Source: Armatimonadota bacterium (GTDB lineage Bacteria; Sysuimicrobiota; Sysuimicrobiia; Sysuimicrobiales; Humicultoraceae). From it: DNA of 33,060 nt. The position numbers were made by a program, and so were the translations under genes. How positions within the stretch are numbered: the stretch's first letter is position 1; each line of letters begins with the position of its first letter. Location: the NCBI GenBank assembly GCA_037446215.1, contig JBBIJB010000021.1:1-33060 (forward strand), in the 5' to 3' direction. Of this stretch, positions 1-8,075 are shown one piece after another. The notes under the pieces were generated by a model. It ran no database searches and was not told the DNA's origin. It saw only the letters and a list, made by a program, of their open reading frames with translations.

Positions 1-1
1 C

Positions 2-166
2 GCCTACGGGGCGGAGGGTGTGCGGATAGAGCGGGCCGACGACCTGGCCCCGGCGCTTACCGCCGGGCTTCGGAGCGGGAGGCCCACGGTCATAGACGTG
101 CCGATGGTGAACGATCCGGTCCCGACCGCGGGCCACTGGGACATCAACGACATCTACCGGTGGTAA
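2..166 (+). CDS. C-terminus of a thiamine pyrophosphate-dependent enzyme (acetolactate synthase-like family), partial at window edge
   Basis: Frame 2 reads AYGAEGVRIERADDLAPALTAGLRSGRPTVIDVPM...DIYRW, TAA at 164-166. This fits the typical TPP-enzyme C-terminal pattern (AxG..G..v....el..al..al....P.vidv). Not in the supplied ORF track. Confidence 0.75.
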   Translation, partial: AYGAEGVRIERADDLAPALTAGLRSGRPTVIDVPMVNDPVPTAGHWDINDIYRW

Positions 167-208
167 CGGCGTGGCTCATCACTACGGGCTGAGGGCTCGA
201 CAGGGGCG

Positions 209-937
209 ATGAAGGCGAACGGCGTAGCGGCGGTGGAGCGCGCGCTTGCCATCCTCGATGCGTTCCGCGAGGGCGACGACGGCCTTACCCTGGCCGAGAT
301 AGCCGATCGCACGAAGATGTACAAGAGCACCATCCTGCGCCTGTGCGCATCTTTGGAGAGGTTCGGGTACCTGTGGCGGGTCTCCGACGGCAGGTACCGG
401 CTGGGCTCGACGCCCATGCGGCTCGGCAGCCTCTACCAGCGCGCGTTTCACCTGGGCGACCTCATCGTGCCGGTCCTGCGCCGCCTCGCCAACGAGAGCG
501 GAGAGAGCGCCTCGTTCTACATCCGACAGGGCACGGTACGCGTCTGCCTCCACCGCGTGGACTCCCCGGCACCGATCCGCGACCACGTGCGCGAGGGGGA
601 TCACCTCCCGCTCGATCGCGGTGCCGCGGGCATGGTGCTGCTGGCGTTTGATGGCGCCGGGGGAGCGCCCTTTGCGGCCGTCCGCCGCGACCTGATCGCC
701 GTCTCCTACGGCGAGCGCAGCCCTGAGACCGCGGCTATCGCCTGCCCGGTCTTCCGCGTGCCCCAGGAGCTCGCGGGGGCGTTGTCGCTGTCGGGCCCGC
801 TGTACAGGTTCCGGCCCGCCGCGGTCAGGAAGATGTCGGAGGCGCTGCTGCGGTCGGCCGCGGAGATGACCGGCGCCCTCGGCGGTGACCGTAAGCCGTT
901 CGACGAAAGGGTCTTCACCCGTGCAGCGCCCGCTTGA
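209..937 (+). CDS. IclR family transcriptional regulator
   Basis: N-terminal HTH (AVERALAILDAF...LTLAEIA...KSTILRLCASLERFGYL...YRLG) and IclR effector domain (GESASF, G..LPL..GAAG, AIACPVF, GALSLSGP..RF). Confidence 0.95.
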   Translation: MKANGVAAVERALAILDAFREGDDGLTLAEIADRTKMYKSTILRLCASLERFGYLWRVSDGRYRLGSTPMRLGSLYQRAFHLGDLIVPVLRRLANESGESASFYIRQGTVRVCLHRVDSPAPIRDHVREGDHLPLDRGAAGMVLLAFDGAGGAPFAAVRRDLIAVSYGERSPETAAIACPVFRVPQELAGALSLSGPLYRFRPAAVRKMSEALLRSAAEMTGALGGDRKPFDERVFTRAAPA

Positions 938-2123
938 GGGCACTAGGGTCCTCGATCTCACCAACGTGTTGGCAGGCCCGTTCTGCTCCTTCCAGCTCGC
1001 GCTGGTGGGAGCCGAGGTCATCAAGGTGGAGGTCCCCGCGAGCGGAGACCTGGCCCGGCAGCTCGGGGCGGACCAGGCGCTGAACGAGCGGCTGATGGGC
1101 GCGTCGTTCATGGCCCAGAACGCCGGCAAGCGGTCGGTCACGCTAGACCTCAAGAAGGCACGGGGCCGCGCCGTGTTCGAGCGGCTCGTGGCGACCGCGG
1201 ACGTGCTCGTGGAGAACTTCCGACCCGGGGTAATGGCGCGCCTCGGCGCAGGCTACGACGATCTCTCCCGCATAAACCCCGGCCTGGTCTACTGCGCGAT
1301 CTCGGGATTCGGCAGCGACGGCCCGCTGCGGGACAACCCCGCCTACGACCAGATCATCCAGGGGCTATCGGGAGCGATGTGCCTCACGGGCAGCGAGGAG
1401 ACCGGGCCGCTTCGGGCGGGATTCCCGATCTGCGACACGATCGGAGGGCTGACCGCGGCTTTCGCGATCACCTCGGCGCTGGCGGGGCGCCGGCAGACCG
1501 GCAGTGGCGCGTTCATCGACGTCTCGATGCTCGAGGCGACGCTGGTCTCGATGGGATGGGTCCTGTCCAACTACCTGATCGGAGGCGAGACCCCGCGGCC
1601 CATGGGCAACGACAACTTCACGGCAAGCCCATCGGGCACGTTCGATACCCACGACGGCCTGCTGAACATCGCCGCCAACAAGCAGGAGCAGTTCGAGGCG
1701 CTCTGCGTCACGGTAGGCCGCCCAGGACTGCCTGAGGACCCGAGGTTCGCGACGCGAGGCGACCGCCTGCGCCACCGGGCCGCGCTGAACGCGGAGATAG
1801 AGGCCGCCCTGGCCGCCCGCACGGCCGCCGAATGGGAGCCGCTGCTGAACCAGGCCGGGGTGCCGGCGGGCCGGGTGCTCTCGGTGCCTGAGATCCTTGC
1901 CCACCCACAGGTGGCGGGGCGGGCGCTGGTGCAGCGGTTCGACGATGTGCCCGGGGCAGGGCGCGGGGTCGCGGTCGCAACCGCCGGCTTCACCCTGGCG
2001 GGACGGCGGCCCGACGCCAATAGCCCGCCCCCACGGTTGGGAGAGCACACCGACCAGGTGCTGAGGGACCTCGGCTACCCCGACGACGAGATCGCGGCGC
2101 TGCGCGCGGAGGGAGCGATATGA
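921..2123 (+). CDS. CaiB/BaiF class III CoA-transferase
   Basis: PLEGTRVLDL, LAGP, GAEVIKVE, N.GKRS..LDLK, DVLVENFRPG, catalytic Asp in GFPICD, PPRLGEHT. Start placed at GTG 921 rather than 885 from family N-terminus; overlaps the IclR 3' end. Confidence 0.93.
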   Translation: MQRPLEGTRVLDLTNVLAGPFCSFQLALVGAEVIKVEVPASGDLARQLGADQALNERLMGASFMAQNAGKRSVTLDLKKARGRAVFERLVATADVLVENFRPGVMARLGAGYDDLSRINPGLVYCAISGFGSDGPLRDNPAYDQIIQGLSGAMCLTGSEETGPLRAGFPICDTIGGLTAAFAITSALAGRRQTGSGAFIDVSMLEATLVSMGWVLSNYLIGGETPRPMGNDNFTASPSGTFDTHDGLLNIAANKQEQFEALCVTVGRPGLPEDPRFATRGDRLRHRAALNAEIEAALAARTAAEWEPLLNQAGVPAGRVLSVPEILAHPQVAGRALVQRFDDVPGAGRGVAVATAGFTLAGRRPDANSPPPRLGEHTDQVLRDLGYPDDEIAALRAEGAI

Positions 2124-2971
2124 CGGATCGGCCAACCGACCCATCCCGGGCGTGGTGGCAGACGGCGATCATAGACATCTCGCCGGGCCAGATCGCCGTC
2201 AGGGGCTATCCGATCGAGCAGCTCATCGGCTCGGTCAGCTTCCCGGCGATGATATGGCTGCTGCTTCGAGGGGAGCTTCCCTCGCCAGACCAGGCCGCGC
2301 TGCTGGAGGCCGCGCTGGTCGGCTCGGTGGACCACGGGCCGCAGGCACCCTCCATCGCGATAGCCCGGATGTCGGTAACCTGCGGGCTCCCCCTCAACAA
2401 CGCCGTGGCCTCGGGCGTGAACGCCCTGGGCGACATCCACGGCGGCGCGGGGCAGCAGGCGATGGAGCTCTACGCGGCGATCGCGGCGTCCCTGGACGAG
2501 CGCCTCCGGGATGGGGAGCGGCAACCCGAGGGCGACCAGGTCCTCGCCGGCGCGGTCGAGGAGGCGCTGGACCGCCTCGGTCCGGGCGCATTCGTACCGG
2601 GTTTCGGCCACAGGTTCCACCGCACCGACCCCAGGGCCGTGCGCCTGCTGGAGCTGGTCGCCGGGGCACAGGAGCGTGGAACGGTCGGCGGCCGGTTCTC
2701 GCGCATCGGGCGTGCCGTCGAGGCAGCCATCGAGAGGCGCAAGGGCACTCGCGTCCCGATGAACATAGACGGCGTCACCGCGGTGGTCTTCTCCGAGCTC
2801 GGGTTCCCGCCGGCGCTCGGCCGCGGCCTCTTCGTCCTCTCCCGGGCCGCGGGAATCCTGGCCCACGCCTGGGAGCAGAGCCGGCAGGGAGGCCGCATCA
2901 AGGGACCGCTCCCGCCCGAGGCCGGCTACACCTACACGGGCGTCCCCCGGAGAGACGTCCCATCCGATTGA
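2120..2971 (+). CDS. Citryl-CoA lyase-like protein (short citrate synthase family)
   Basis: W.TAI...I.VRGY, DHG..APS, HGGA, VPGFGHRFH..DPR, MNIDG, SR.AG..AH..EQ; 283 aa; ATGA overlap with the CoA-transferase stop. Confidence 0.88.
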   Translation: MTDRPTDPSRAWWQTAIIDISPGQIAVRGYPIEQLIGSVSFPAMIWLLLRGELPSPDQAALLEAALVGSVDHGPQAPSIAIARMSVTCGLPLNNAVASGVNALGDIHGGAGQQAMELYAAIAASLDERLRDGERQPEGDQVLAGAVEEALDRLGPGAFVPGFGHRFHRTDPRAVRLLELVAGAQERGTVGGRFSRIGRAVEAAIERRKGTRVPMNIDGVTAVVFSELGFPPALGRGLFVLSRAAGILAHAWEQSRQGGRIKGPLPPEAGYTYTGVPRRDVPSD

Positions 2972-3050
2972 GGCGGTAGTCCTCGCCCGGAAGGGCCGCG
3001 AAGTACGCGGAGCCGCGTAGAATCCCTCAAGAGGTGTCAGGGGCTCTCGG

Positions 3051-3056
3051 TAGAAT
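3051..3056 (+). promoter_or_regulatory. Candidate sigma70-type -10 element upstream of aroKB
   Basis: TAGAAT at 3051-3056 (second copy at 3018-3023) in a GC-rich intergenic region; GGAGG RBS precedes GTG 3125. Confidence 0.4.
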
Positions 3057-3124
3057 CTGACGGGGCGGCGGTACGCGGCAGGCGCGGGCTGAGCAAGGGA
3101 GCCCGGCTTGGGAGGAGTCCCATC

Positions 3125-4735
3125 GTGAGGAACATCGCGCTGATAGGCATGCCGGCCACGGGGAAGAGCGCCGTCGGACGGCAGCTTGCGCTCGCCCTGA
3201 GCCTGCCGTTCGTAGACACCGACGAGACGATCGAGAGCCGCGAGGACTCGGCGATCTCCGCAATCTTCGAGAAGCACGGCGAGGCCCACTTCCGGGGCAT
3301 CGAGGAGGCCCTGATCGCCGAGGTCACGCGCTCCCCGGGCGTCGTCGCCACCGGGGGAGGCGTGGTGGAGCGGGAGAGTAACCTCCAGGCCCTGAGGGAG
3401 TGGGGATGGCTGATCGCGCTCGTCGCCTCTCCGGAGGCGATCGCCGGCCGCGTAGGCCGGGCCGACCAGTGGCCGCTGCTGCGGGGCAAGGTCGCGGAGA
3501 ACATCGAGCGGTTGTGGGCCCGTCGCGGCCCGAAGTACATGTCGGCCGACCTCGTGGTGGACGTGTCCAACGACGATGTCGAAGGAGTCGTGCGCAAGAT
3601 CCTCGGCTTCCTGGCCGAGAGGGAGCCGATCTCACTGGTCGAGATCAGGCCGGCCAGCACCCAGCCCTACCATGCGATCGTCGGGACCGGAGTGCTGGGG
3701 CTACTGGGTCACTACGCGAGAGGCGCCGACCTGTCAGGGCGGGCCGCCGTTCTCGCCTCTCCGGCGCCGGCCCGCCGCCACGGCGATCAGATTTGCGACT
3801 CCCTCCAGAGTGCGGGGATCGACCCGGTGCTGATCGAGATCCCCGCGGGGGAGAGCGTCAAGACGTGGGAGAGCGTCGGCAGGCTCTACGGACGGCTCGT
3901 GCGCGAGCAGATAGACCGGACGGGATGCCTGGTCGCGGTCGGCGGCGAGGAGGTGCTCGATGTGGGGGGCTTCGTCGCGGGCACCTACATGCGCGGCATA
4001 CCGCTGGTCAGCGTCCCGACCACCCTGGTCGCACAGCTCGACAGCTGCGTCGGAGGCAAGGCGGCGCTCAACCACTTCAGGGCCAAGAACCTGATCGGCT
4101 TCCTCAACCATCCGCGGCTGGTGGTCGTCGACGTCTCGGCCGCGAGGGGGGGCAGCGCGCGGTCGGTGCGCGCCGGCCTGGCGGAGTCGGTCAAGTACGG
4201 TGTGATCGCGGACGCCGATCTCTTCGCCTCCCTCGAGGCCCGGGCCGCTGATCTGCTCGACGAGGGCGGAGGATTCCTGGGGGAGCTCGTGGCCTCCTGC
4301 CTCCGAATCAAGGCTCGCTTCGTCGAGGAGGACGAGTACGGCGCGGGACGCCGCATGCTGCTCAACTACGGCCACACCTTCGGCCACGCGATCGAGGCCT
4401 CCACGGGCTTCCACCGATATACCCACGGCGAGGCCGTGGCGATAGGGATGACCCTGGCCGCCCGGGTCGCCGTGGCACTAGGGGTCGCCCCCCGATCGCT
4501 GGAGGCCAGGCAGACCGAGCTCCTGCGGCGGCTCGGCCTCCCCACCGACTTCTCCGGGGTCTCAACCGGACGGCTGGTGGACTCGCTCTGGCGCGACAAG
4601 AAGCGGCAGGGCGCCAGCCTCCGCTTCGTGCTTCCGGTGGAGATCGGGCGCGGGGAGGTCCGCAGCGATGTCCCGATAGAGCTGGTGGAGAGGGTGATCG
4701 CCGAGCACGCCCCTCCTCCGGCCGCCGCGGGCTAG
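3125..4735 (+). CDS. aroKB: Shikimate kinase / 3-dehydroquinate synthase fusion (AroK-AroB), with atypical motifs
   Basis: Kinase part: Walker A GMPATGKS, DTD, IFEKHGEAHFR, ATGGG. Synthase part: GE..KT, YMRGI...VPTTL.AQ.DS.VGGK, KNLIG, GLAE.VKYG, LLNYGHTFGHAIE, HGEAVAIGM, DKK. Confidence 0.9.
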   Translation: MRNIALIGMPATGKSAVGRQLALALSLPFVDTDETIESREDSAISAIFEKHGEAHFRGIEEALIAEVTRSPGVVATGGGVVERESNLQALREWGWLIALVASPEAIAGRVGRADQWPLLRGKVAENIERLWARRGPKYMSADLVVDVSNDDVEGVVRKILGFLAEREPISLVEIRPASTQPYHAIVGTGVLGLLGHYARGADLSGRAAVLASPAPARRHGDQICDSLQSAGIDPVLIEIPAGESVKTWESVGRLYGRLVREQIDRTGCLVAVGGEEVLDVGGFVAGTYMRGIPLVSVPTTLVAQLDSCVGGKAALNHFRAKNLIGFLNHPRLVVVDVSAARGGSARSVRAGLAESVKYGVIADADLFASLEARAADLLDEGGGFLGELVASCLRIKARFVEEDEYGAGRRMLLNYGHTFGHAIEASTGFHRYTHGEAVAIGMTLAARVAVALGVAPRSLEARQTELLRRLGLPTDFSGVSTGRLVDSLWRDKKRQGASLRFVLPVEIGRGEVRSDVPIELVERVIAEHAPPPAAAG

Positions 4736-4750
4736 GTCACCGGCGCGGTC

Positions 4751-5362
4751 CTATTTGCACGGTGGCAGCGTGATCTTGATGTTCGCGTCGAAGTCGTAGT
4801 AGTCCGTCGTCATCACAACCGAGCCGTCTTCATTCAGGACCTCCGCGCGCCTGGGCAGGACGTCCGCGACCGCCACGAACAGCCGTGTCTTCGTGGTCAT
4901 TATCTCGTTCTTCCACGCGAAGGTGTAGGACTTGGTTCGAACCCCGGCGATGGTAGCCTCGGCCCCTCGGGAGGCGGTCACCTCGCCCCACATCTTCTCG
5001 GGGTCCATGTTCGGAGGGTCCTGGGGCTGCGCGCTGCAGATCCAGTTCCCCCCGCCCGACCTCACGCGGACTGCGGGCCCGACCTGGACGACCTCTACGG
5101 TACTCCCGCCTACCGTCGTCTTGCTGTGGAAGTTGCCCGGGTTCACGAAGTCCATCTGGGTGACCATCGGCCCTGAGGGTCCGGCCGCCACCACCTTGGC
5201 GCGATAGGACTTGAGCTTGGTGAGCTTGCCCAAAGCGGCCGAGATCTCAGCCCAGGCCTTCGCGTCTCCCTTGACTGCGAGCTTCGGCGCCGCCGACAGC
5301 CCCGGTCCGAACGTCAGGATTGCGGCGAGAACAAGGGCCACTGCCTGCACGCTCTTCCCCAT
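4751..5362 (-). CDS. Secreted hypothetical protein, possibly LolA/LppX-like beta fold
   Basis: Signal peptide (MGKSVQAVALVLAAILTFGPGLSA), GGAGG RBS, coding-like codon usage, beta-rich body, C-terminal YYDFDANIKITLP resembling LppX/LprAFG-like ends. Fold is inference. Confidence 0.7.
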   Translation of the reverse strand: MGKSVQAVALVLAAILTFGPGLSAAPKLAVKGDAKAWAEISAALGKLTKLKSYRAKVVAAGPSGPMVTQMDFVNPGNFHSKTTVGGSTVEVVQVGPAVRVRSGGGNWICSAQPQDPPNMDPEKMWGEVTASRGAEATIAGVRTKSYTFAWKNEIMTTKTRLFVAVADVLPRRAEVLNEDGSVVMTTDYYDFDANIKITLPPCK

Positions 5363-5411
5363 GTCGTTCTGCCTCCCCTGGTCAGGATGGAGTGCTTGTG
5401 CGAATCCCGCG

Positions 5412-6539
5412 TCACGAACCCGCGACCTGCCGCCTGGCCTCGAGCGCCTTCCCCACCATCCAGCCGATAACGCCCAGCCCCGCTATGAACAGAGCCAAGA
5501 AGACCACCAGCGGGCTCAGCTGCAGGTTCACCGGCTGCGCGGTGATGTCGGCGAACCGGCGCAGCTCCACGTTCTGCAGCACCTGCCGGCTCATCGCGTT
5601 GAGCGCCAGGACGCCCACCTGCGCCGCGGCAACCACCACCGCGCCCGATGCGGTCAGCCTCCGGCGCAGGAACACCAGGAGCAGCCAGGGCAGTCCCGGG
5701 GCGAGCGCGGTCAGCGCGGTCAGTATCGCGGCCGGACCGCTGAACATCGCCGCCCGGGCCTCGGGAACCCAGGTCCCGAAGACGTACCAGGTGCCGGCGG
5801 CGGCGAACCAGACGGCCCCCAGGGTGTAGAGGCCGGGCGCGAAGCGGGATGCCCAGCGCCGGTAGGCGCCGGGCGCGCGGTGCGCCAGCAGTCCCGCATC
5901 CACCACCGCGTAGACCGCGACCGTCGTCAGCGCCAGCCCGAGCAGCATCAGCCATCTGGGAAGGAGCGTCGGGTCTCCTGTGTTCAGGCCGAGCCCGAGC
6001 GGCGCGCCCGCCACGCTGCTCCGCTGCCAGATCCCCGGCCATGCGCCGATGTTGGTCATCAGGCTGAACCCGTTCGCGAAGACGAAGCTGACCATGACGA
6101 AGAGCAAGGCGGCCGCCCAGCCCCCGAGGCGCACAGGCCCTGTGAGCCTGCTCGTCCGCAGCCCCACGGCGTACATGTAGATGCCGAAGTAGGCCAGCAT
6201 CGTCATCACGAAGATGCTGAACCAAGGCCAGGCCATCAGGATGGTGGCCGGGAAGAACACCTGATAGTAGGCGGTCTGGATGAAGAGGAGCGGGACGATC
6301 CCGAAGTTGATGCCCAGCGCGATGACTATCGGCATCTGGTTCATCAGGCGGTGCGAGTAGAGCCCGGCCTCTTCGCCGCCCCGCACGCGCAGGATCATCG
6401 CCACCGCGGTTCCCGCGAGCCACAGGTGCATCGGCACCATGTGGAGCGTGAACCCCAACACCTTGAAGGTCGCCATGAACCAGTAGGGCGCGGGATAGCC
6501 CAGCTGGCTCTGGGGTCCGATGAGCTGTGCAGGATCCAT
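5412..6539 (-). CDS. Polytopic membrane protein, probable second subunit of the bd-type oxidoreductase (divergent CydA-like)
   Basis: About 9 hydrophobic segments; LHMVPMH in helix 1; GINFGIVPLLFIQ; GAGGAGG RBS; starts 19 nt after the CydA-like gene; no CxxCH. Confidence 0.7.
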   Translation of the reverse strand: MDPAQLIGPQSQLGYPAPYWFMATFKVLGFTLHMVPMHLWLAGTAVAMILRVRGGEEAGLYSHRLMNQMPIVIALGINFGIVPLLFIQTAYYQVFFPATILMAWPWFSIFVMTMLAYFGIYMYAVGLRTSRLTGPVRLGGWAAALLFVMVSFVFANGFSLMTNIGAWPGIWQRSSVAGAPLGLGLNTGDPTLLPRWLMLLGLALTTVAVYAVVDAGLLAHRAPGAYRRWASRFAPGLYTLGAVWFAAAGTWYVFGTWVPEARAAMFSGPAAILTALTALAPGLPWLLLVFLRRRLTASGAVVVAAAQVGVLALNAMSRQVLQNVELRRFADITAQPVNLQLSPLVVFLALFIAGLGVIGWMVGKALEARRQVAGS

Positions 6540-6558
6540 TGCCGCCTCCTCGCAGGCC

Positions 6559-7935
6559 CTAACGAGCCCCGCTGGTCCTCATCCCGGCCGGACGGGGCAG
6601 AGCGATCGTCTCCAGGTACTTCGACAGGATGGCCGCCTCCTCGGAGGTCCCGGCGAAGGGCGGCATGAAGAAGTTGACCGCCTCCAGGTTCTCGACTATG
6701 CCCTGGATCGTCGCCTGGTTCCATCCCCGCATCAGGGGGCCCACCGCCGAGTAGCCCCTCCCGGCGCTGTGGCAGTTGTTGCAGTGGTACTGGAAGATCA
6801 CCTGCCCCAGCCTGACCTGATCGGCCTCCGGAAGATCCGGAAGCCTCTTGGTATCGACCCTGCCCTCGCTCATCACCTGCGGGTAGTTCGAGACGACGAA
6901 CGCCCTGGTCCACACGCCGCCATTCAGGTAGCCCGTCTGCTTGAGCCCCGGGATCTGGGACGGCAGCATCTGGCTGCTCGTGACCACGTTGTAGACGATG
7001 TAGGGCTTGCGCACCGCCTCCCTGATGAACTCGCCCGTCGCGAACGCGGCGGTCCCGCAGACCAGGAAGAGGATCGCGAACCCCGGCGACACCCAACCCG
7101 GGTTTCGGAAGGGCACAAGGTAGAGCATCGCGAAGACGATGCCGGTCAGCGCCAGGAGCAGCGCCCCCATGACGTTGAGCGATGCCGCCGACTCGAGCGC
7201 GGCCCGTGCCGACTCGGGCAGGAAGGCAAACCAGCCCGCACCTCCGACCACGACCAGCGCGGCGCCCACCATTGCGAGCCGGGCCGCCCTTCGGACAACG
7301 AGGTGGCGCAGCGCTTCGTCGCGCGCCTTGATCGAGGCGTGGAGGAAGACGTAGAGCGACGCCAGCAGGAACGCGCCTCCGGTTCGCGAGACCGTCTGCG
7401 GCAGGAACTGCGGGTTGAAGAAGCCCACCCAGAAGCTGCGGTTGTCGAGCCACCCCCCGGGGTTGAGCATGAACGCCGTGATGCCGGCGATCAGCACGAG
7501 GCTCATCCAGGCGGAGAAGGCATAGATCCAGGCCATCGCCTGGTGGCTCCTCGGGTTGGGGCGTCCCCAGTAGTAGAAGAAGATGAACGCCGAGATGATC
7601 TCGATGATGAAGAAGACGTACTCCATCGCCCAGCCGAAGACGAAGATCCCGATAAGGGTCTGGGTGGCCAGGGGCGACGACAGCCCTATCGTCCACCAGA
7701 TCCCCACCCCGGTCAGCGCGCCGAAGACCATGGTGAACAGGATGAAGAACCAGGCGTGCTGGCGCAGGTAGCCGAGATAGGCCTTGTTGCCCGTGCGGTA
7801 GGCGTAGCGGGTCTCCAGCGCCAGGAACAGACCGCCGCCGACGGCGTAGTGCGCTATCAGCACGTGGACTACCGCGACCGCGGCGATCAGCATGGGCGAG
7901 GTGAGCAGATGGACGTACCACCAAGGGTAGTGCAT
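6559..7935 (-). CDS. Cytochrome bd subunit I (CydA)-like protein fused to a C-terminal monoheme cytochrome c
   Basis: Helix-1 His (VHVLIAH), FGALTG, WAMEYVFFIIE (cf. CydA E99/E107), AFMLNPG...FFNP, GEFIREAVRKPY (cf. GW..aE.GRQPW), CNNCH and distal-Met motif FMPPF. ATG 7935 follows GGAGGG. Confidence 0.82.
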   Translation of the reverse strand: MHYPWWYVHLLTSPMLIAAVAVVHVLIAHYAVGGGLFLALETRYAYRTGNKAYLGYLRQHAWFFILFTMVFGALTGVGIWWTIGLSSPLATQTLIGIFVFGWAMEYVFFIIEIISAFIFFYYWGRPNPRSHQAMAWIYAFSAWMSLVLIAGITAFMLNPGGWLDNRSFWVGFFNPQFLPQTVSRTGGAFLLASLYVFLHASIKARDEALRHLVVRRAARLAMVGAALVVVGGAGWFAFLPESARAALESAASLNVMGALLLALTGIVFAMLYLVPFRNPGWVSPGFAILFLVCGTAAFATGEFIREAVRKPYIVYNVVTSSQMLPSQIPGLKQTGYLNGGVWTRAFVVSNYPQVMSEGRVDTKRLPDLPEADQVRLGQVIFQYHCNNCHSAGRGYSAVGPLMRGWNQATIQGIVENLEAVNFFMPPFAGTSEEAAILSKYLETIALPRPAGMRTSGAR

Positions 7936-8004
7936 GCGCAACCCTCCGTGCTGCCCGGGTGGGCGCCAGGCCTCCCGGGCGCGGCTGGTCGGTCCGAAGA
8001 GCTA

Positions 8005-8032
8005 TTCGTCTGACGAGTTCAACCCGGCCTGC
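8005..8032 (-). promoter_or_regulatory. Candidate alternative-sigma (SigH-like) promoter GCAGG-N20-GAAT upstream of the CydA-like gene
   Basis: Minus strand GCAGG ccgggttgaactcgtcagac GAATA; the same pattern recurs at other operon starts in the window. Confidence 0.4.
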
Positions 8033-8075
8033 CGCTGCACCTGCGCCCGGCGGATCGGCCGCGCGCGATCCTCAC

